Positions 63,440-64,000 of a DNA stretch of 64,000 bases are shown here, piece after piece (positions within the stretch are counted from its first letter, which is position 1; each line of letters starts with the position of its first letter). The stretch lies in NCBI RefSeq assembly GCF_902713615.1, contig NC_052164.1, forward strand, positions 77,537,830 to 77,601,829, written 5' to 3'. The position numbers were made by a program, and so were the translations under genes. Under the pieces are notes generated by a model. The model searched no databases. It was given only the letters and a program-made list of their open reading frames with translations, and was not told the DNA's origin. Origin of the DNA: Scyliorhinus canicula. Its lineage: Eukaryota.

Positions 63440-64000
63440 CTATACAACAGCGATTAGCTTCTGCTACATGTACAGCATTACTAACAAACTGCTCCAGCAG
63501 CCTTCAGAAAATACGACCTGCCGAGCATCTGAAAACTGACGAACCATGATTTGAATGAACTAGGATTGCACTGCAGGAGGTGTGTCTCACTCCATAATGT
63601 TTCCTGTGATTCTGATAGGATTTTATCATTCATTTTTTTAAGCTGATGGAAATCCATAAAGGGCCAAACAGTTTGAAACGTCGTATTTTCCTGTACCCCA
63701 ACCCTCGCAATCCAATTTGCCTATCCTTTTGCTAAATGTCCAGACATGGCAGCAGTTGTACCTTTAGTACCTGCAACTCTAGGGATACCTCCACAAATGG
63801 ACCCTTTTTTATTCTGTGCTGCATAAGCTTTGAGTTTATATTTCACATCAAAGGTCCCATACTCAGCCTCTCAGAAGCCTGGTTGTCCAATTGTGGGAGG
63901 TACCGTAGTCACTTTGTTCTTACTCATCACGCATGGAGCTTACAGTTGGAGACATTGGATAACAGCAAGAATCCAGAACCCTTGAGATGGCTTTTCTGCC

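Overview
Repeat-rich vertebrate genomic DNA. The SINE/LINE/MITE content points to a cartilaginous fish, most like a catshark (inference). One protein-coding gene can be assembled by hand on the + strand: 10 exons spanning 9340-63439, all introns GT-AG and phase-compatible, 1497 nt, 498 aa. It encodes a type-I membrane Ig-superfamily receptor: signal peptide, germline-joined VJ-type V domain, C1/Siglec-like C domain, C2/I domain, uncharged TM, and a tail with four ITIM-like tyrosine motifs. I cannot assign it to a known gene; it mixes antigen-receptor/CD28-like, Siglec-like and SIRP-like features. The rest is transposon debris: a fossil PIF/Harbinger element and many MITEs, HE1-type and other tRNA-SINEs, CR1, L2, Tx1/L1 and Rex1 LINE relics, a solo LTR and a hAT MITE. 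Two further oddities stand out: Penelope-type repeats carrying minimal hammerhead ribozyme variants (one in a fold-back), and a microhomology-flanked templated insertion inside a CR1. Repeat boundaries are approximate and were read by eye. No database searches were run.
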